From the NCBI GenBank assembly GCA_965224085.1, contig CBDCYI010000004.1, positions 640,001 through 704,000 on the forward strand: DNA of 64,000 bases, in the 5' to 3' direction. The notes below the pieces were generated by a model, which made no database searches, was not told the DNA's origin, and was given only the letters and a program-made list of their open reading frames with translations. The DNA comes from Candidatus Marinacidobacterales bacterium (lineage in GTDB: Bacteria > Acidobacteriota > Vicinamibacteria > Marinacidobacterales > SMYC01). A program made the translations under genes and the position numbers. Positions 48,787 to 59,495 of the stretch are shown here, piece after piece. The number at the start of each line of letters is the position of its first letter. The first letter of the stretch is position 1.

Positions 48787-49893
48787 TCACTCGCTCCCTC
48801 CGGGCACGTGAATCTCGGAATCGAGGTTGAAAGCGGCCCACGCGAACCAAAACGCCGTGAAGGTCGGGAGCTTTCTGAGGCGCTCGCCTTCGAGCGGACC
48901 GGAAATCGCGACCCCGTCGAGATTCCAAATCGAGCCGGTCTGTCGGTCGCGCAGCTTGAACAAAAAGCCCTCGCCCTCGACGATGTCGAACTCGAGAACC
49001 TCTCGAGCTTGCTCGGTCGCGCCCACTCTTCGATCGAACGGAATGGCCAAGCCCGAGGCGGCGTGAAAAGCGACGAGCACAGGCAGGCCTCTCACGTCGT
49101 CATTGATCGCGAGCCGAGGCCCGAGCTCCCGCATACGTGTCATCGAATAGGCGCGCGCGACCCCATCGTGTCGAATACCGAGAACGTTCTCCTTCATCGG
49201 CAGTCTCGGGTCGATCCTCGTCTGGGGGAACAAAAGCTGCGTATTGTCGAGTTGATCGTAGTCGCCATAGGGATAAACATCGTAGTTGCGACTGAAGCCC
49301 GTCTTGAAGCTGACCACGGTCGTCTCTGGATAGAGCGCTTTCCATGCGGCCCAAGTCGACTGCACCACAGGAAGGAGCGCAGGCCTCGTCCCCGACAAGG
49401 CGCCGCAGATACTTTCGAGACGCATTTGAGACCAGAGCGAGTCTGTCCTGCGGTCGAAAAGGATCAAGTTGTTGTCGAAGAGAAGGCCCGAGACGCCGAA
49501 GTTCTGCTGGGCGCCGTCCATGACGGGGTCGTAGACGATCCCACTTCCCGTCAGCGGACAGAACGTCACGAGAATGGGCCGGCCACCCAATACGTCATTG
49601 ACGATCTCGTGCCACCACATCACGGCGTGCGGATAAGCCCGGGCCTCACCGTTCACGACCACCCCGAGAACGAGATCCTCGGGAAAGAGAAACGTATCGC
49701 CGGTGGCTGCGGGAACCACTTCGGGATTGGTGAGCGATGGTATCCCGTCTTTACCCGGTCCGCCGCTGACGATGAGGTTTTGCGGAATCAGACATTGCGC
49801 TTCTAGGGCCAAAGGGGCGCCGAGCAACATCGCGACGAAAGCCAAGCAATCAAGGTTGCGAATCACAGTTCTAAGCTCCATCCATCCCATCAC
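48787..49893 (-). CDS. DUF3179 domain protein
   Basis: GGPGKDGIPSL, ARAYP, HEIVND, TFCPLTGSG, FGVSGLL, FWFAW. Confidence 0.8.
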   Translation of the reverse strand: MMGWMELRTVIRNLDCLAFVAMLLGAPLALEAQCLIPQNLIVSGGPGKDGIPSLTNPEVVPAATGDTFLFPEDLVLGVVVNGEARAYPHAVMWWHEIVNDVLGGRPILVTFCPLTGSGIVYDPVMDGAQQNFGVSGLLFDNNLILFDRRTDSLWSQMRLESICGALSGTRPALLPVVQSTWAAWKALYPETTVVSFKTGFSRNYDVYPYGDYDQLDNTQLLFPQTRIDPRLPMKENVLGIRHDGVARAYSMTRMRELGPRLAINDDVRGLPVLVAFHAASGLAIPFDRRVGATEQAREVLEFDIVEGEGFLFKLRDRQTGSIWNLDGVAISGPLEGERLRKLPTFTAFWFAWAAFNLDSEIHVPGGSE

Positions 49894-49970
49894 TTTAGGC
49901 GGCGCTTCCTTCTCGCTCTATTAACTTGTTCACAGCGCCGATAGCCTACATGGACCCCATACTAAGAGCC

Positions 49971-50801
49971 ATGGTCTCTCGCGTTCTCTCGATATTGCTT
50001 CTCCTGTCATGCGCAGCACATTCCGCGGAAGCTGGCGCATGGACGATTTCAAAAGGCGTGAACTGGCTGAAGGTTGGGCTCATGCTGCAGGAGACGACCG
50101 AGCGCTACTTCATCGATGGAGAACGCATCCCTTACTTCTTCGACGGACGCAACCAAACCCGCGCTCTATTCTTCGAATATGTAGGAGGCATTACCCAGCG
50201 ATGGGACGTCAAAGCCCAGCTCCCCTTTTTTTATATCGCCTTCGACGATATCGCGGACGAGCGCACCAGCAATGGCCCGGGTGATCTCAGGATCGAGTCC
50301 CGCTACAACCTCGTTCGCGATCCGCTCGTTCTGACCGTTGGCGGAGCGATCAAGTTTCCTACCGTGGAGTTCGTCAACGATGCTGAGATCGTACCGGTCG
50401 GCGAGGGACAATACGATGTCGATGTTTTCGTGGAAGTCGGCCGCTCGCTGTGGCCGGTGCGTGGCTACGTGACGGGTAAGATCGGTTACCGTTTCCGTAC
50501 CAAGAATCAGGAAATCGACATCGATTTCGGAGACGAGCTCATATGGCGCGTAGAAGGCGGCTATCAATTTGGCAAGCGCATCTACAGCAAAATCGCGCTG
50601 CGCGGGCTCCACGGCTTCGAGTCCACGAGCTTCGATCTCGCCATCGACAGCCTGAGGCGCCAAGCCGTCTATCTGGAACCTGGCGTGAGCTTCACCCTCG
50701 CTGCTAGCCGAGCGATAGAAGTCACCGTACCGATCTCGATCGCGGGGCGCAACTGGCCGGCAGGACCCGTTTTAAACATCCATTTCACACAGACCTTCTG
50801 A
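49971..50801 (+). CDS. Putative outer-membrane beta-barrel/transporter protein
   Basis: Signal peptide, GDLRIESRY, amphipathic strands, C-terminal F. Confidence 0.55.
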   Translation: MVSRVLSILLLLSCAAHSAEAGAWTISKGVNWLKVGLMLQETTERYFIDGERIPYFFDGRNQTRALFFEYVGGITQRWDVKAQLPFFYIAFDDIADERTSNGPGDLRIESRYNLVRDPLVLTVGGAIKFPTVEFVNDAEIVPVGEGQYDVDVFVEVGRSLWPVRGYVTGKIGYRFRTKNQEIDIDFGDELIWRVEGGYQFGKRIYSKIALRGLHGFESTSFDLAIDSLRRQAVYLEPGVSFTLAASRAIEVTVPISIAGRNWPAGPVLNIHFTQTF

Positions 50802-50863
50802 CCTTTCTGAGCGGGCATCCGAAACCTGGCTGCGATATAGTCGTTGTTCGAAAGGGGACGATT

Positions 50864-52216
50864 ATGGCTTTCCGCATCCCTGTCCTTCTCTCTTTTTTCC
50901 TAACGTCAACAGCCATCACTTCAGCGCAAACGACGGAGCGCTACACGTTCGCGCTCACGGGTGATTCCATCATCACGCGCGCTCTCTCGGTCTACGAAGA
51001 GCCCGAGTTTCTGGAGATGATCGAGCTCATCCGGGGCGCCGACGTCGCGTTCACGAACGTCGAGATGCTCTTCCACGACTACGAGTTCTACCCGATGTCG
51101 GCGGGCGGCGGGACCTATATGCGCGCACAGCCTGAGCTCGCTAAAGAGCTCGCCTGGGCGGGCTTTGATCTCGGCTCGCTCGCCAATAATCACTCGGGCG
51201 ACTATGGACCTCTGGCCCTGCTTCTCACCGAAAAATACGTACGCGACGCAGGTATCACCGCCGCGGGCGCCGGCAGAAGCCTCGCGGAGGCGCGCGAAGC
51301 CAAGTTTCTGGAGACGACCGATGCGCGGATCGCCCTCATCGCGGTCGCCTCGACCTTCCCTGAGCACGCGATGGCGAGCGCGTCCCGCGACGACATCCCG
51401 GCGCGGCCAGGGATGAATCCCTTGCGCCACGAGACGACCTATCACGTGAGCCGGACTCGACTCGAAGCTATCCGGGACACGATGGAGGAGCTCTCGATGG
51501 ACCCTCCGGAGGACGGCGACTCGCTGCGCTTTCTTCGCAATCGTTTCGTCCTATCCGAAACGCCCGGTGTGAAGACCGAGCCGAACGCCGACGACATGGA
51601 AGCCATCGGCATGGTGGTGCGCAACGCGTCACGCCAAGCGGACTACACGATCGTGACCATTCACGCTCATGAAGGCGACGGAAGCCGTTTCGTGCCCGCG
51701 CAGTTTCTGACGAAATTCGCGCGCGCGATGATCGACGAAGGCGCCGACGTCTTCGTCGGGCACGGGCCCCACGTGCTACGCGGCATCGAGATCTATAACG
51801 GCAAACCGATCCTCTATAGTCTCGGCGATTTTCTCTTTCAAAACGAGACGCTCCAAAGACTCCCCTACGAGAACTACGCGCGCTTCGGCCTCGGCGAGGA
51901 CAAGGGGCTCGCTGATTTCAACGACGCCCGCTACAAAAACGATAGCATCGGCTTTCCCGCTACGCCGGAGATTTGGGAGTCCGTCGTCGCCATGCCCGTT
52001 TTTGAAGGCAAGAGGCTCGTGGAGCTACGCCTTCACCCGATTTCCCTCGGATTTGGTAAACCGCGCACCGTGCGCGGGCGCCCAATGCTCGCCGACGACA
52101 CACTCAGCCGCAAGATTTTGACGGATTTGAAACGGGTCTCGGAGCCCTTCGGGACCGAAATCGACACCGTCGACGGCATCGGCGTCGTGCAGCTGGACCT
52201 CCGCACGAGCAACTAG
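50864..52216 (+). CDS. CapA-family metallophosphoesterase (PGA_cap)
   Basis: LTGD, ANNHSGDYG, HAHEG, GHGPHV, YSLGDF. Confidence 0.88.
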   Translation: MAFRIPVLLSFFLTSTAITSAQTTERYTFALTGDSIITRALSVYEEPEFLEMIELIRGADVAFTNVEMLFHDYEFYPMSAGGGTYMRAQPELAKELAWAGFDLGSLANNHSGDYGPLALLLTEKYVRDAGITAAGAGRSLAEAREAKFLETTDARIALIAVASTFPEHAMASASRDDIPARPGMNPLRHETTYHVSRTRLEAIRDTMEELSMDPPEDGDSLRFLRNRFVLSETPGVKTEPNADDMEAIGMVVRNASRQADYTIVTIHAHEGDGSRFVPAQFLTKFARAMIDEGADVFVGHGPHVLRGIEIYNGKPILYSLGDFLFQNETLQRLPYENYARFGLGEDKGLADFNDARYKNDSIGFPATPEIWESVVAMPVFEGKRLVELRLHPISLGFGKPRTVRGRPMLADDTLSRKILTDLKRVSEPFGTEIDTVDGIGVVQLDLRTSN

Positions 52217-52392
52217 CGTGACGCCGCTCGCGGTCTATCTCCTGAATTGCTCAGAAGATAAATCTGCTGCGGGCTCATGAGCTGCGGCACTTCGATAAGG
52301 TCGACAATCGTCATCGCGCGCTTCGTTTGCGCGGCGACGAGGGTGGAGGCCAAGCATCCCACGAAAAGCGGGAAAATTCTTCGTAACCTCAT
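52213..52392 (-). pseudogene. S9-like peptidase N-terminal shard
   Basis: Signal peptide plus KRAMTIVDLIEVPQLMSPQ, then QIYLL and a stop. Confidence 0.55.
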
Positions 52393-52509
52393 AAAGCCCT
52401 TCAGAATCGGTCGTTTGGAAAGACGAAGGTTACACGATCGGCTCCCACTTTGCCCCTTCGCCACAGAGGCTTCGACGTGAAGTATAATTTTTTGGATTCT
52501 GGAGGTTCG

Positions 52510-53409
52510 ATGAAAGTTGCCATCAGCGGTGTTACCGGTCTGGTGGGGACGGCCCTGCGTGCGAATCTAACTGCCGACGGCCACGAAGTGCTAGCACTCT
52601 CGCGCCGCGCAAGTCTTCCCCCACTCACGACGATTACTTGGGATATCGAAAACGGCCGCTTCGACGCAGGCCTCCTCGAGGGTGTCGATGTCGTTGTCCA
52701 CCTCGCCGGCGAGCCCGTCGCGCAACGTTGGAGCGACAAGACGAGGAAAGCCATTCGACACAGCCGTGTTCAGGGCACCCATCTCCTCGTCGAGGGGCTC
52801 AAGAGCCTGAAGCTCAAGCCACAGCTCCTGCTTTCGGCTTCCGCGGTGGGCTTTTACGGAGACGGCAAGGACCGAGAGCTTGATGAGACTTCGCCGCGGG
52901 GCGAAGGCTTTCTGCCAGAGGTCTGCCAGGAGTGGGAGACGGCGGCCCTCGACGCGATGGGGCTCGGAATAAGGGCAGTTTGTTTGCGCACGGGCATCGT
53001 GCTATCGACCAAGGGGGGAGCTCTCGCCAAAATGCTCCTGCCGTTCCGCCTCGGGTTGGGCGGCCGCCTTTCTAGCGGACGTCAATGGATGCCTTGGATC
53101 CACATCGACGACCTCGTCGGGGCGATGCGGTTCGTCATGCAGAAAGAAGACCTCGTGGGGGTCGTGAACGGCACTTCTCCCCATCCCGTCACGAATGCGG
53201 ATTTCACGAAGGGCCTAGGCAAGGTCCTTCGCCGCCCAACGCTCTTTCCTGTACCGAAATTCGGGTTGAAACTGCTATTTGGCGAAATGTCCCAGATTCT
53301 CTTGGAAGGACAGAGAGTCAAGCCGCAAAAGCTTCTCGACACGGGGTATAGGTTCCACTATCCCGAGTTCTTAGAAGCTCTATCTGATGTCGTTGCAAAC
53401 CGCAAGTAA
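52510..53409 (+). CDS. TIGR01777-family NAD-dependent epimerase
   Basis: GGAGG RBS, SGVTGLVG, HLAGEPV, SASAVGFYG, GRQWMPWIHIDD. Confidence 0.9.
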   Translation: MKVAISGVTGLVGTALRANLTADGHEVLALSRRASLPPLTTITWDIENGRFDAGLLEGVDVVVHLAGEPVAQRWSDKTRKAIRHSRVQGTHLLVEGLKSLKLKPQLLLSASAVGFYGDGKDRELDETSPRGEGFLPEVCQEWETAALDAMGLGIRAVCLRTGIVLSTKGGALAKMLLPFRLGLGGRLSSGRQWMPWIHIDDLVGAMRFVMQKEDLVGVVNGTSPHPVTNADFTKGLGKVLRRPTLFPVPKFGLKLLFGEMSQILLEGQRVKPQKLLDTGYRFHYPEFLEALSDVVANRK

Positions 53410-53463
53410 GCCCGACGGTTTGGCTATAATTAAGGATGGTCGCGCGCCCTAGAGGCGAGATTC

Positions 53464-55752
53464 ATGGATAGCTTGAAGTCAACTTCGGCCCTCGAAACAC
53501 GATCGCATCGCGGGCGCAAGCTCGTCAAAATCATCGTCATTTGCGTGCTCTTCGCGCTCGCGGCGATGGGCGGCACGTTGACGGGACTCGTCCTCGCTTA
53601 TCAGCGGGACTTGCCCATCATCCAGGAGATCGATAACTACCAGCCGAGTATCATTACGCAAGTCTTCGACGATGTCGGCGAGGTGATCGCCGAGTTCGCG
53701 GTCGAGCGGCGCGTAGTGATCGGCTTTCAGGACGTTCCCGATCATCTGAAACAAGCGATCGTTGCTTACGAGGACCAGCGTTTCTGGAGCCATCACGGTT
53801 TCGATCCCGTGGGGATGGCGCGCGCCGCCTGGGACAATCTCTGGGCCGGTGAAATCGTCTCGGGCGCGAGCACCGTCACACAGCAGGTTTCACGACTGTT
53901 GTTCCTTACCCGTGAGGAAACGTATAGCCGCAAGATCAAAGAGGCCATTCTCGCTTTCAAAATCGAGCGGGCTTATACGAAAGAAGAAGTTCTGACCTTG
54001 TATTGCAACTTGCAGCATTACGGCCACGGCCTTTATGGTGTAGAAGCCGCCGCGAACTACTATTTCGCGAAACCAACGGCCGAGCTCACTCTGGAAGAGG
54101 CCGCGCTCATCGTCGGCATCGCTCCCTCGCCGGGAAACTTCAGCCCCTTCGTCAATCCGGAGCTCGCTCTCGAGCGCCGCGACCTCGTGCTGGGGCGGAT
54201 GCTGGAAGAAGACGTGGTCACGGTCGAAGAAGTCGAGCGTGCCAGATCCGTCCCACTGAAGCTGCGACGCCGCGGGCCGAGCGGGAACATCGCGCCCTAT
54301 TTCGTCGAAGAGGTTCGCCAATATCTCGAGAAGAAATACGGCTCGACGCGGATCTTTCGCGGCGGTTTGCGCGTGCATACGACCTTGAATCGCTCGATGC
54401 AAGAGCAAGCCAATATCTCGGTCGGGCAAGCGCTTCGAGCGCTCGACAAGCGCCAGGGCTATCGAGGCGTTCAGCAAAACGTGCTCGGCGACATGGAGAT
54501 CTCCATCCAGGAGTTCCAGAGCGATGACTGGGTCGAGCCTTTCACAGCGGGACAGATCGTCACTGGCGTCGTCACCGAGGCCGAGGGTAGCCCCACCGTG
54601 AGAGTCGGCCGCTTCACGGCCACAGTCGACTCCGAGTCGGTGGCTTGGACGAAGACGGCGCTTTTTGACTTGTTCGAAATCGGTGACATCTCGACGTTCG
54701 AGATCGCGAGTGTGGACTCGGAGACGACGTCCATGGTGCTCAAAGTCGAACAGGAGCCCATCGCGCAAGGGGCGCTTCTCGCCATCGAGGCGCGGACCGG
54801 CCGAATCAAATCGATGGTGGGCGGCCTCGACTTCGACAAAAGCAAGTTCAACCGCGCCGTCCAGGCGCGTCGCCAACCTGGCTCGGCCTTCAAGGCCTTC
54901 GCGATCGGTGCAGCGGTGGAAGAAGGCTACACGGCGACGTCGCTCATTCTCGACGAGCCAGTTCGCTACGTCGATCCGCATGTCGAGGAGGTATACGAGC
55001 CGAGAAACTATGACCGCAAATTCGAAGGCTGGATCACGCTGCGCCGCTTGATCGAAGCCTCGCGGAACGTGCCCGCGGTCCGGCTCACGCAGCAAGTCGG
55101 CCCGCAGAAAGTAGCGGACTATGCGAGACGCCTCGGTTTGTCGGGACCCATCCCACCGTATCTCAGCATAACGCTCGGCGCCGCGGAAGCAAGCCTGCAA
55201 GAAATGGTCTCCGCCTATTCAGCCTTTGCGAATCAAGGCATCCGCATGCGACCACATTTCGTCACGAAAGTCATGGACCACGAAGGCAACGTTCTGGAGG
55301 AGACCTACCCCGAGGCCGCGTCTGCCATTAGAGCCGACTCCGCCTACATTGTCACGAACCTTCTCCGAGGCGTCGTTCAGCGCGGCACGGGGGTCCGGGC
55401 GGCGCGTTTAGGACGGCCGCTCGCCGGCAAGACAGGCACGACCAACGACTACACGGATGCGTGGTTCATCGGATTCGACCCGACGCTCGTGGCAGGCACT
55501 TGGGTAGGTTTCGATCAGAAGCTGAGCTTGGGCGATCGCGAGACGGGATCGCGGGCCGCGCTCCCTCCGTGGATCAGCTTCATGGAGCACGCGCTCGCGG
55601 ACGAGCCGATCGAAGATTTCCCAGTTCCGTCGAATATCGTTTTCGTACCCGTCGACAAGAAGACGGGCGACCCAGCAGCATCAGGGGGTGGCCAAGTCAT
55701 CCTGGAAGCCTTTATCGCGGGGTCCGAGCCCGAGGGGTATCCGGGGCAATAA
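53464..55752 (+). CDS. mrcA: Class A penicillin-binding protein 1A
   Basis: EDQRF, GASTVTQQ, RKIKE; SAFK, SRN, KTG. Confidence 0.92.
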   Translation: MDSLKSTSALETRSHRGRKLVKIIVICVLFALAAMGGTLTGLVLAYQRDLPIIQEIDNYQPSIITQVFDDVGEVIAEFAVERRVVIGFQDVPDHLKQAIVAYEDQRFWSHHGFDPVGMARAAWDNLWAGEIVSGASTVTQQVSRLLFLTREETYSRKIKEAILAFKIERAYTKEEVLTLYCNLQHYGHGLYGVEAAANYYFAKPTAELTLEEAALIVGIAPSPGNFSPFVNPELALERRDLVLGRMLEEDVVTVEEVERARSVPLKLRRRGPSGNIAPYFVEEVRQYLEKKYGSTRIFRGGLRVHTTLNRSMQEQANISVGQALRALDKRQGYRGVQQNVLGDMEISIQEFQSDDWVEPFTAGQIVTGVVTEAEGSPTVRVGRFTATVDSESVAWTKTALFDLFEIGDISTFEIASVDSETTSMVLKVEQEPIAQGALLAIEARTGRIKSMVGGLDFDKSKFNRAVQARRQPGSAFKAFAIGAAVEEGYTATSLILDEPVRYVDPHVEEVYEPRNYDRKFEGWITLRRLIEASRNVPAVRLTQQVGPQKVADYARRLGLSGPIPPYLSITLGAAEASLQEMVSAYSAFANQGIRMRPHFVTKVMDHEGNVLEETYPEAASAIRADSAYIVTNLLRGVVQRGTGVRAARLGRPLAGKTGTTNDYTDAWFIGFDPTLVAGTWVGFDQKLSLGDRETGSRAALPPWISFMEHALADEPIEDFPVPSNIVFVPVDKKTGDPAASGGGQVILEAFIAGSEPEGYPGQ

Positions 55753-55798
55753 TATATGCTCCCATATCACTCATATAAAGGCGGCTCTCCTGACACAG

Positions 55799-55860
55799 CA
55801 AACTATTGTACTGCAATAGTTTGACCCTCATTTGACAATTCCACACTAAATATCGATAAT
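55799..55860 (+). promoter_or_regulatory. Sigma-70-type promoter for lon with upstream inverted repeat
   Basis: TTGACA (55832-55837), N17, GATAAT (55855-55860). CAAACTATTG-N5-CAATAGTTTG at 55799-55823. Confidence 0.6.
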
Positions 55861-56000
55861 ACGCCCGTCGCGGATGATGCCGTTTCGCTTGAGTGCTCGA
55901 GACCTCCTTAGGTACCCTTAGTATGAAGCACGTTCATCGACGATCGGAGCCGAGCGGACCCGCACGCTCGCGTTATCGATAACGCACTGAGGTTCAAAGC

Positions 56001-58433
56001 ATGCAGACATTCGAAGAAAGCAACCGAGAAAGCGACGGCGAAATCCATCGCGCCGTCCCCGTCCTCCCCCTTAGAGATACGGTGATCTTTCCGCAGTCGA
56101 TCCTGCCCTTGGCCGTCGGCCGCGAGAGTACCGTTCGCCTATTGAACGAGAACGGGGAGTCGGCGGATTTCATCGGGGTCGTAACTCAGAGGGACGCTAC
56201 CATCGAATCTCCCACCGCGACCGATCTGCATCACGTCGGAACGAGCGTGCGCATTCACAAATCGGTTCGGATGCCCGACGGCTCCATCCGGCTCGTCGTC
56301 CAGGGCAGTTTCCGGTTCAAAGTGCTGAGCGTCATCCAGGTGAGCCCTTACCTTCGCGCAGACATTCAAGTACTGGGAAGCCCTGCCTCAGCCGAAGACG
56401 CCATCGAAGTCGACGCGCTCTCGAGAAACGTGCATTCCGCTTTCTCGAAAATCGTCGAGATGTCTCCACAGCTGGCCGACGAAGTCGGCTCGCTCGCCGC
56501 GACGCTGAACGATCCGGGACGGCTCGCGGATTTCGTCGCGCAGAACCTTCCCAGTTTGGATACCGAGAATCGGCAAGAGGTGCTCGAGGTCGTACGCGTG
56601 AAGGAGCGCCTAACAAAGGTGCACGAAGCGCTTCTGCGCGAGCAGGAAGTTCTAGAGGTCGGCAACAAGATCGAGTCCCAAGTCAAGAACGAAGTCGGCC
56701 GCACCCAGCGCGAGTATTACCTGCGCGAGCAGATGAAAGCGATTCAAAGGGAGCTCGGCGAGAACGACGAGAACGTGAAGGAGATCGACGAGCTACGCGA
56801 GAAGATCAAGGAAGCGAAGATGCCCGAAGAGGCGGTAAAGGAGGCGACGCGCGAGCTGAATCGCCTCTCCAAGATCCCGCCCGCCTCAGCTGAATATACC
56901 GTCGGACGCACCTATCTCGATTGGCTCGTGCGCATTCCCTGGTCGAAGAAGACCGAAGACGTCTACGACATCCCGAAAGCACACGAAATTCTGGAGGCCG
57001 ATCACTACGACCTCGTGAAAGTGAAAGACCGCATCCTCGAGTTTCTGGCCGTGCGGAAGATGAAGCCCGACATCAAAGGGCCCATACTGTGTTTCGTGGG
57101 CCCTCCCGGCGTCGGCAAGACGAGCCTGGGGAAATCCATCGCCAAAGCGCTCGGGCGGAAGTTCGTCCGGATGAGCCTCGGCGGGATTCGCGACGAGGCG
57201 GAGATCCGCGGCCACCGGCGAACCTATATCGGTGCCCTTCCAGGACAAATCATCCAGAACTTGTGCCGCGCGGGCACGAAGAACCCCGTGTTCATGCTCG
57301 ACGAGGTCGACAAGCTCGGGATGGATTTTCGCGGCGACCCGAGCTCGGCGCTTCTCGAAGTTCTCGATCCGGAGCAGAACGACACGTTTCGAGATCACTA
57401 CGTTGACCTTGCGTTCGACCTCTCGGAGGTCCTCTTCATCGCGACCGGCAATATGATGGACCCCATCCCCCCTGCGCTCAAAGACCGTATGGAAGTTCTC
57501 AACCTCGCGGGATATACAGAAGAAGAGAAGATCCAGATCGCGAATCGGCATCTCATCCCGCGCCAGCTCGAAAACCACGGCTTGACCGACGAGACGATGG
57601 CGCCTACGTTCGAGCGCGACGTGATCTCGCACATCATTCGCGACTACACGCGCGAAGCGGGTTTACGTAATCTCGAGCGCGCCATTGGCGCGATCTGCCG
57701 CAAGGCTGCTCGGAAGTTCGCCGAAGGTGAGACGAAGCCGCTTCACGCAACGGTCGATAGCCTCCAGGAGCTCCTCGGCGCACCGACGTCCCTGTCGCGA
57801 GAGATTCACGACCGTGTCACCGTGCCGGGCGTCGTCATTGGCCTCGCCTGGACGCCGGTCGGAGGCGACATTCTTTTCGTGGAAGGTTCCAAAGTGCGCG
57901 GCGCCAAGAACCTGACCTTGACGGGACAGCTGGGCGACGTCATGAAAGAGTCGGCGAGCGCGGCCTTGACTTGGGTGCGGTCGAATAGTCTCTCTCTCGG
58001 CCTCGAAGGGGACTTCTACCGTAAAATGGACATTCATCTTCACGTTCCCGAAGGCTCGACGCCTAAGGACGGCCCTTCCGCTGGCGTCACGATGGTCGCG
58101 GCGCTCGTCTCGATCCTCTCGGATACGCCCGCGCGTTCCGACGTCGCCATGACGGGTGAGATCACTCTCTCGGGCCACGTATTGCCCGTCGGCGGTATCA
58201 AAGAGAAACTGTTGGCCGCCCATCGTTACGGAATCAAGGAAGTGCTGATTCCCAAGCTCAACGAGAAGGGGATGCTCGAGGACTTGCCCGAGGAAATTCG
58301 AAAAGAGCTCAAGATCCACCTTGTGTCGAGCCTCGACGAAGTGCTGCCCCTCGTGTTTCCGGACCTGCCCGTCAAGATGGTCCCGCCGCAACCACTGGGA
58401 GGCAAGAGTTCATCCGAGATCAGGGTTCAGTAA
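56001..58433 (+). CDS. lon: Lon protease (endopeptidase La)
   Basis: [33 protein letters not shown]. Confidence 0.97.
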   Translation: MQTFEESNRESDGEIHRAVPVLPLRDTVIFPQSILPLAVGRESTVRLLNENGESADFIGVVTQRDATIESPTATDLHHVGTSVRIHKSVRMPDGSIRLVVQGSFRFKVLSVIQVSPYLRADIQVLGSPASAEDAIEVDALSRNVHSAFSKIVEMSPQLADEVGSLAATLNDPGRLADFVAQNLPSLDTENRQEVLEVVRVKERLTKVHEALLREQEVLEVGNKIESQVKNEVGRTQREYYLREQMKAIQRELGENDENVKEIDELREKIKEAKMPEEAVKEATRELNRLSKIPPASAEYTVGRTYLDWLVRIPWSKKTEDVYDIPKAHEILEADHYDLVKVKDRILEFLAVRKMKPDIKGPILCFVGPPGVGKTSLGKSIAKALGRKFVRMSLGGIRDEAEIRGHRRTYIGALPGQIIQNLCRAGTKNPVFMLDEVDKLGMDFRGDPSSALLEVLDPEQNDTFRDHYVDLAFDLSEVLFIATGNMMDPIPPALKDRMEVLNLAGYTEEEKIQIANRHLIPRQLENHGLTDETMAPTFERDVISHIIRDYTREAGLRNLERAIGAICRKAARKFAEGETKPLHATVDSLQELLGAPTSLSREIHDRVTVPGVVIGLAWTPVGGDILFVEGSKVRGAKNLTLTGQLGDVMKESASAALTWVRSNSLSLGLEGDFYRKMDIHLHVPEGSTPKDGPSAGVTMVAALVSILSDTPARSDVAMTGEITLSGHVLPVGGIKEKLLAAHRYGIKEVLIPKLNEKGMLEDLPEEIRKELKIHLVSSLDEVLPLVFPDLPVKMVPPQPLGGKSSSEIRVQ

Positions 58434-58450
58434 CGCCCTCGTAGCTGATG

Positions 58451-58471
58451 CACTGATCACTGATCACTGAT
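58451..58471 (+). repeat. Heptamer tandem repeat (CACTGAT)x3
   Basis: Seen directly in the lon-dnaJ spacer. Confidence 0.8.
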
Positions 58472-58512
58472 GCGTCGCGTCGGCCGCTCGCTGGCGGCAA
58501 CAGTCGAGTTAG

Positions 58513-59493
58513 ATGGACTACAAGGATTATTACGAGGTTCTAGGGATCCAGAAGACCGCGAGCGAAAAGGAAATCAAACAAGCCTTTCGCAAGCTGGCGC
58601 GGAAGTACCATCCCGACGTCAACCCGGGGGACCGGGGCGCCGAGAACAAATTCAAAGAGATCAACGAGGCCCACGAGGTTCTCTCTGATCCCGAGAAACG
58701 CCGGAAATACGATCAGCTCGGCGCGAATTGGAAGCAGTACGAACCATCTACTCGACCCGGCGGTGGCGCCGGGTTCGGAGGTTTCAACGTCGGCTTCGAA
58801 GGGACTGGCGGCGGCTTCTCCGATTTCTTCAAGACGTTTTTCGGTGCAGGGATGGGCGTGGACGACCTCTTCGGCCAGGGCGCCGGTTTGCACGGCGCAC
58901 GACGCGGGGGCGGACCGCGAGGCTTCGGCGGGGCACCTCCGTCTGCGCCGGGGCGCGACGTGACCGCCGGCATCAACATTACTCTAGAAGAGTGCCACAA
59001 CGGCACCGTGAAACGGCTTTCGATCGAACGCGCGGGCAAAACGGACGTCATCGAAGTGAGAATTCCGAAAGGGGTGAAGGACGGCTCGAAAGTGCGCGTT
59101 GCTGGTAAAGGCGAGCCCGCAGGCTCGGGTAAGTCCAAGGACCTCTACCTCGAGGTTAAAATGGTCCCGCACGCGCTTTATCAACGTGAAGGGGACGATT
59201 TGTCGCTCGACTTGCCGGTGACCTTCGCGGAGGCGGCGCTCGGCGCGGAAATCGAAGTGCCCACCTTGTCCGGCAAGGCCAGGATCAAGTTGCCGAAAGG
59301 CTCTCAGCCGGGCCGGCGCATGCGTCTCAAAGGCAAAGGCATGCCAAAGCTCAAAGGGAGCGGTCACGGCGATCTGTTCGCGAGGATCATGGTCGTTGTC
59401 CCGCAGGAGCTCGAGAAGAGAGAGAAAGAGCTCGTCGAAGAGCTCGCCACCCTAAGCAACGAGAATCCACGCGCGAATCTCGGGTGCGCGTAA
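58513..59493 (+). CDS. DnaJ class B chaperone (CbpA-like)
   Basis: J-domain HPD, G/F-rich region, C-terminal domain; no Zn finger. Confidence 0.92.
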   Translation: MDYKDYYEVLGIQKTASEKEIKQAFRKLARKYHPDVNPGDRGAENKFKEINEAHEVLSDPEKRRKYDQLGANWKQYEPSTRPGGGAGFGGFNVGFEGTGGGFSDFFKTFFGAGMGVDDLFGQGAGLHGARRGGGPRGFGGAPPSAPGRDVTAGINITLEECHNGTVKRLSIERAGKTDVIEVRIPKGVKDGSKVRVAGKGEPAGSGKSKDLYLEVKMVPHALYQREGDDLSLDLPVTFAEAALGAEIEVPTLSGKARIKLPKGSQPGRRMRLKGKGMPKLKGSGHGDLFARIMVVVPQELEKREKELVEELATLSNENPRANLGCA

Positions 59494-59495
59494 GG

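Noticed and set aside
58451-58471. CtsR-type operator
   Set aside because: The heptamer does not match GGTCAAA. Most likely a simple tandem repeat.
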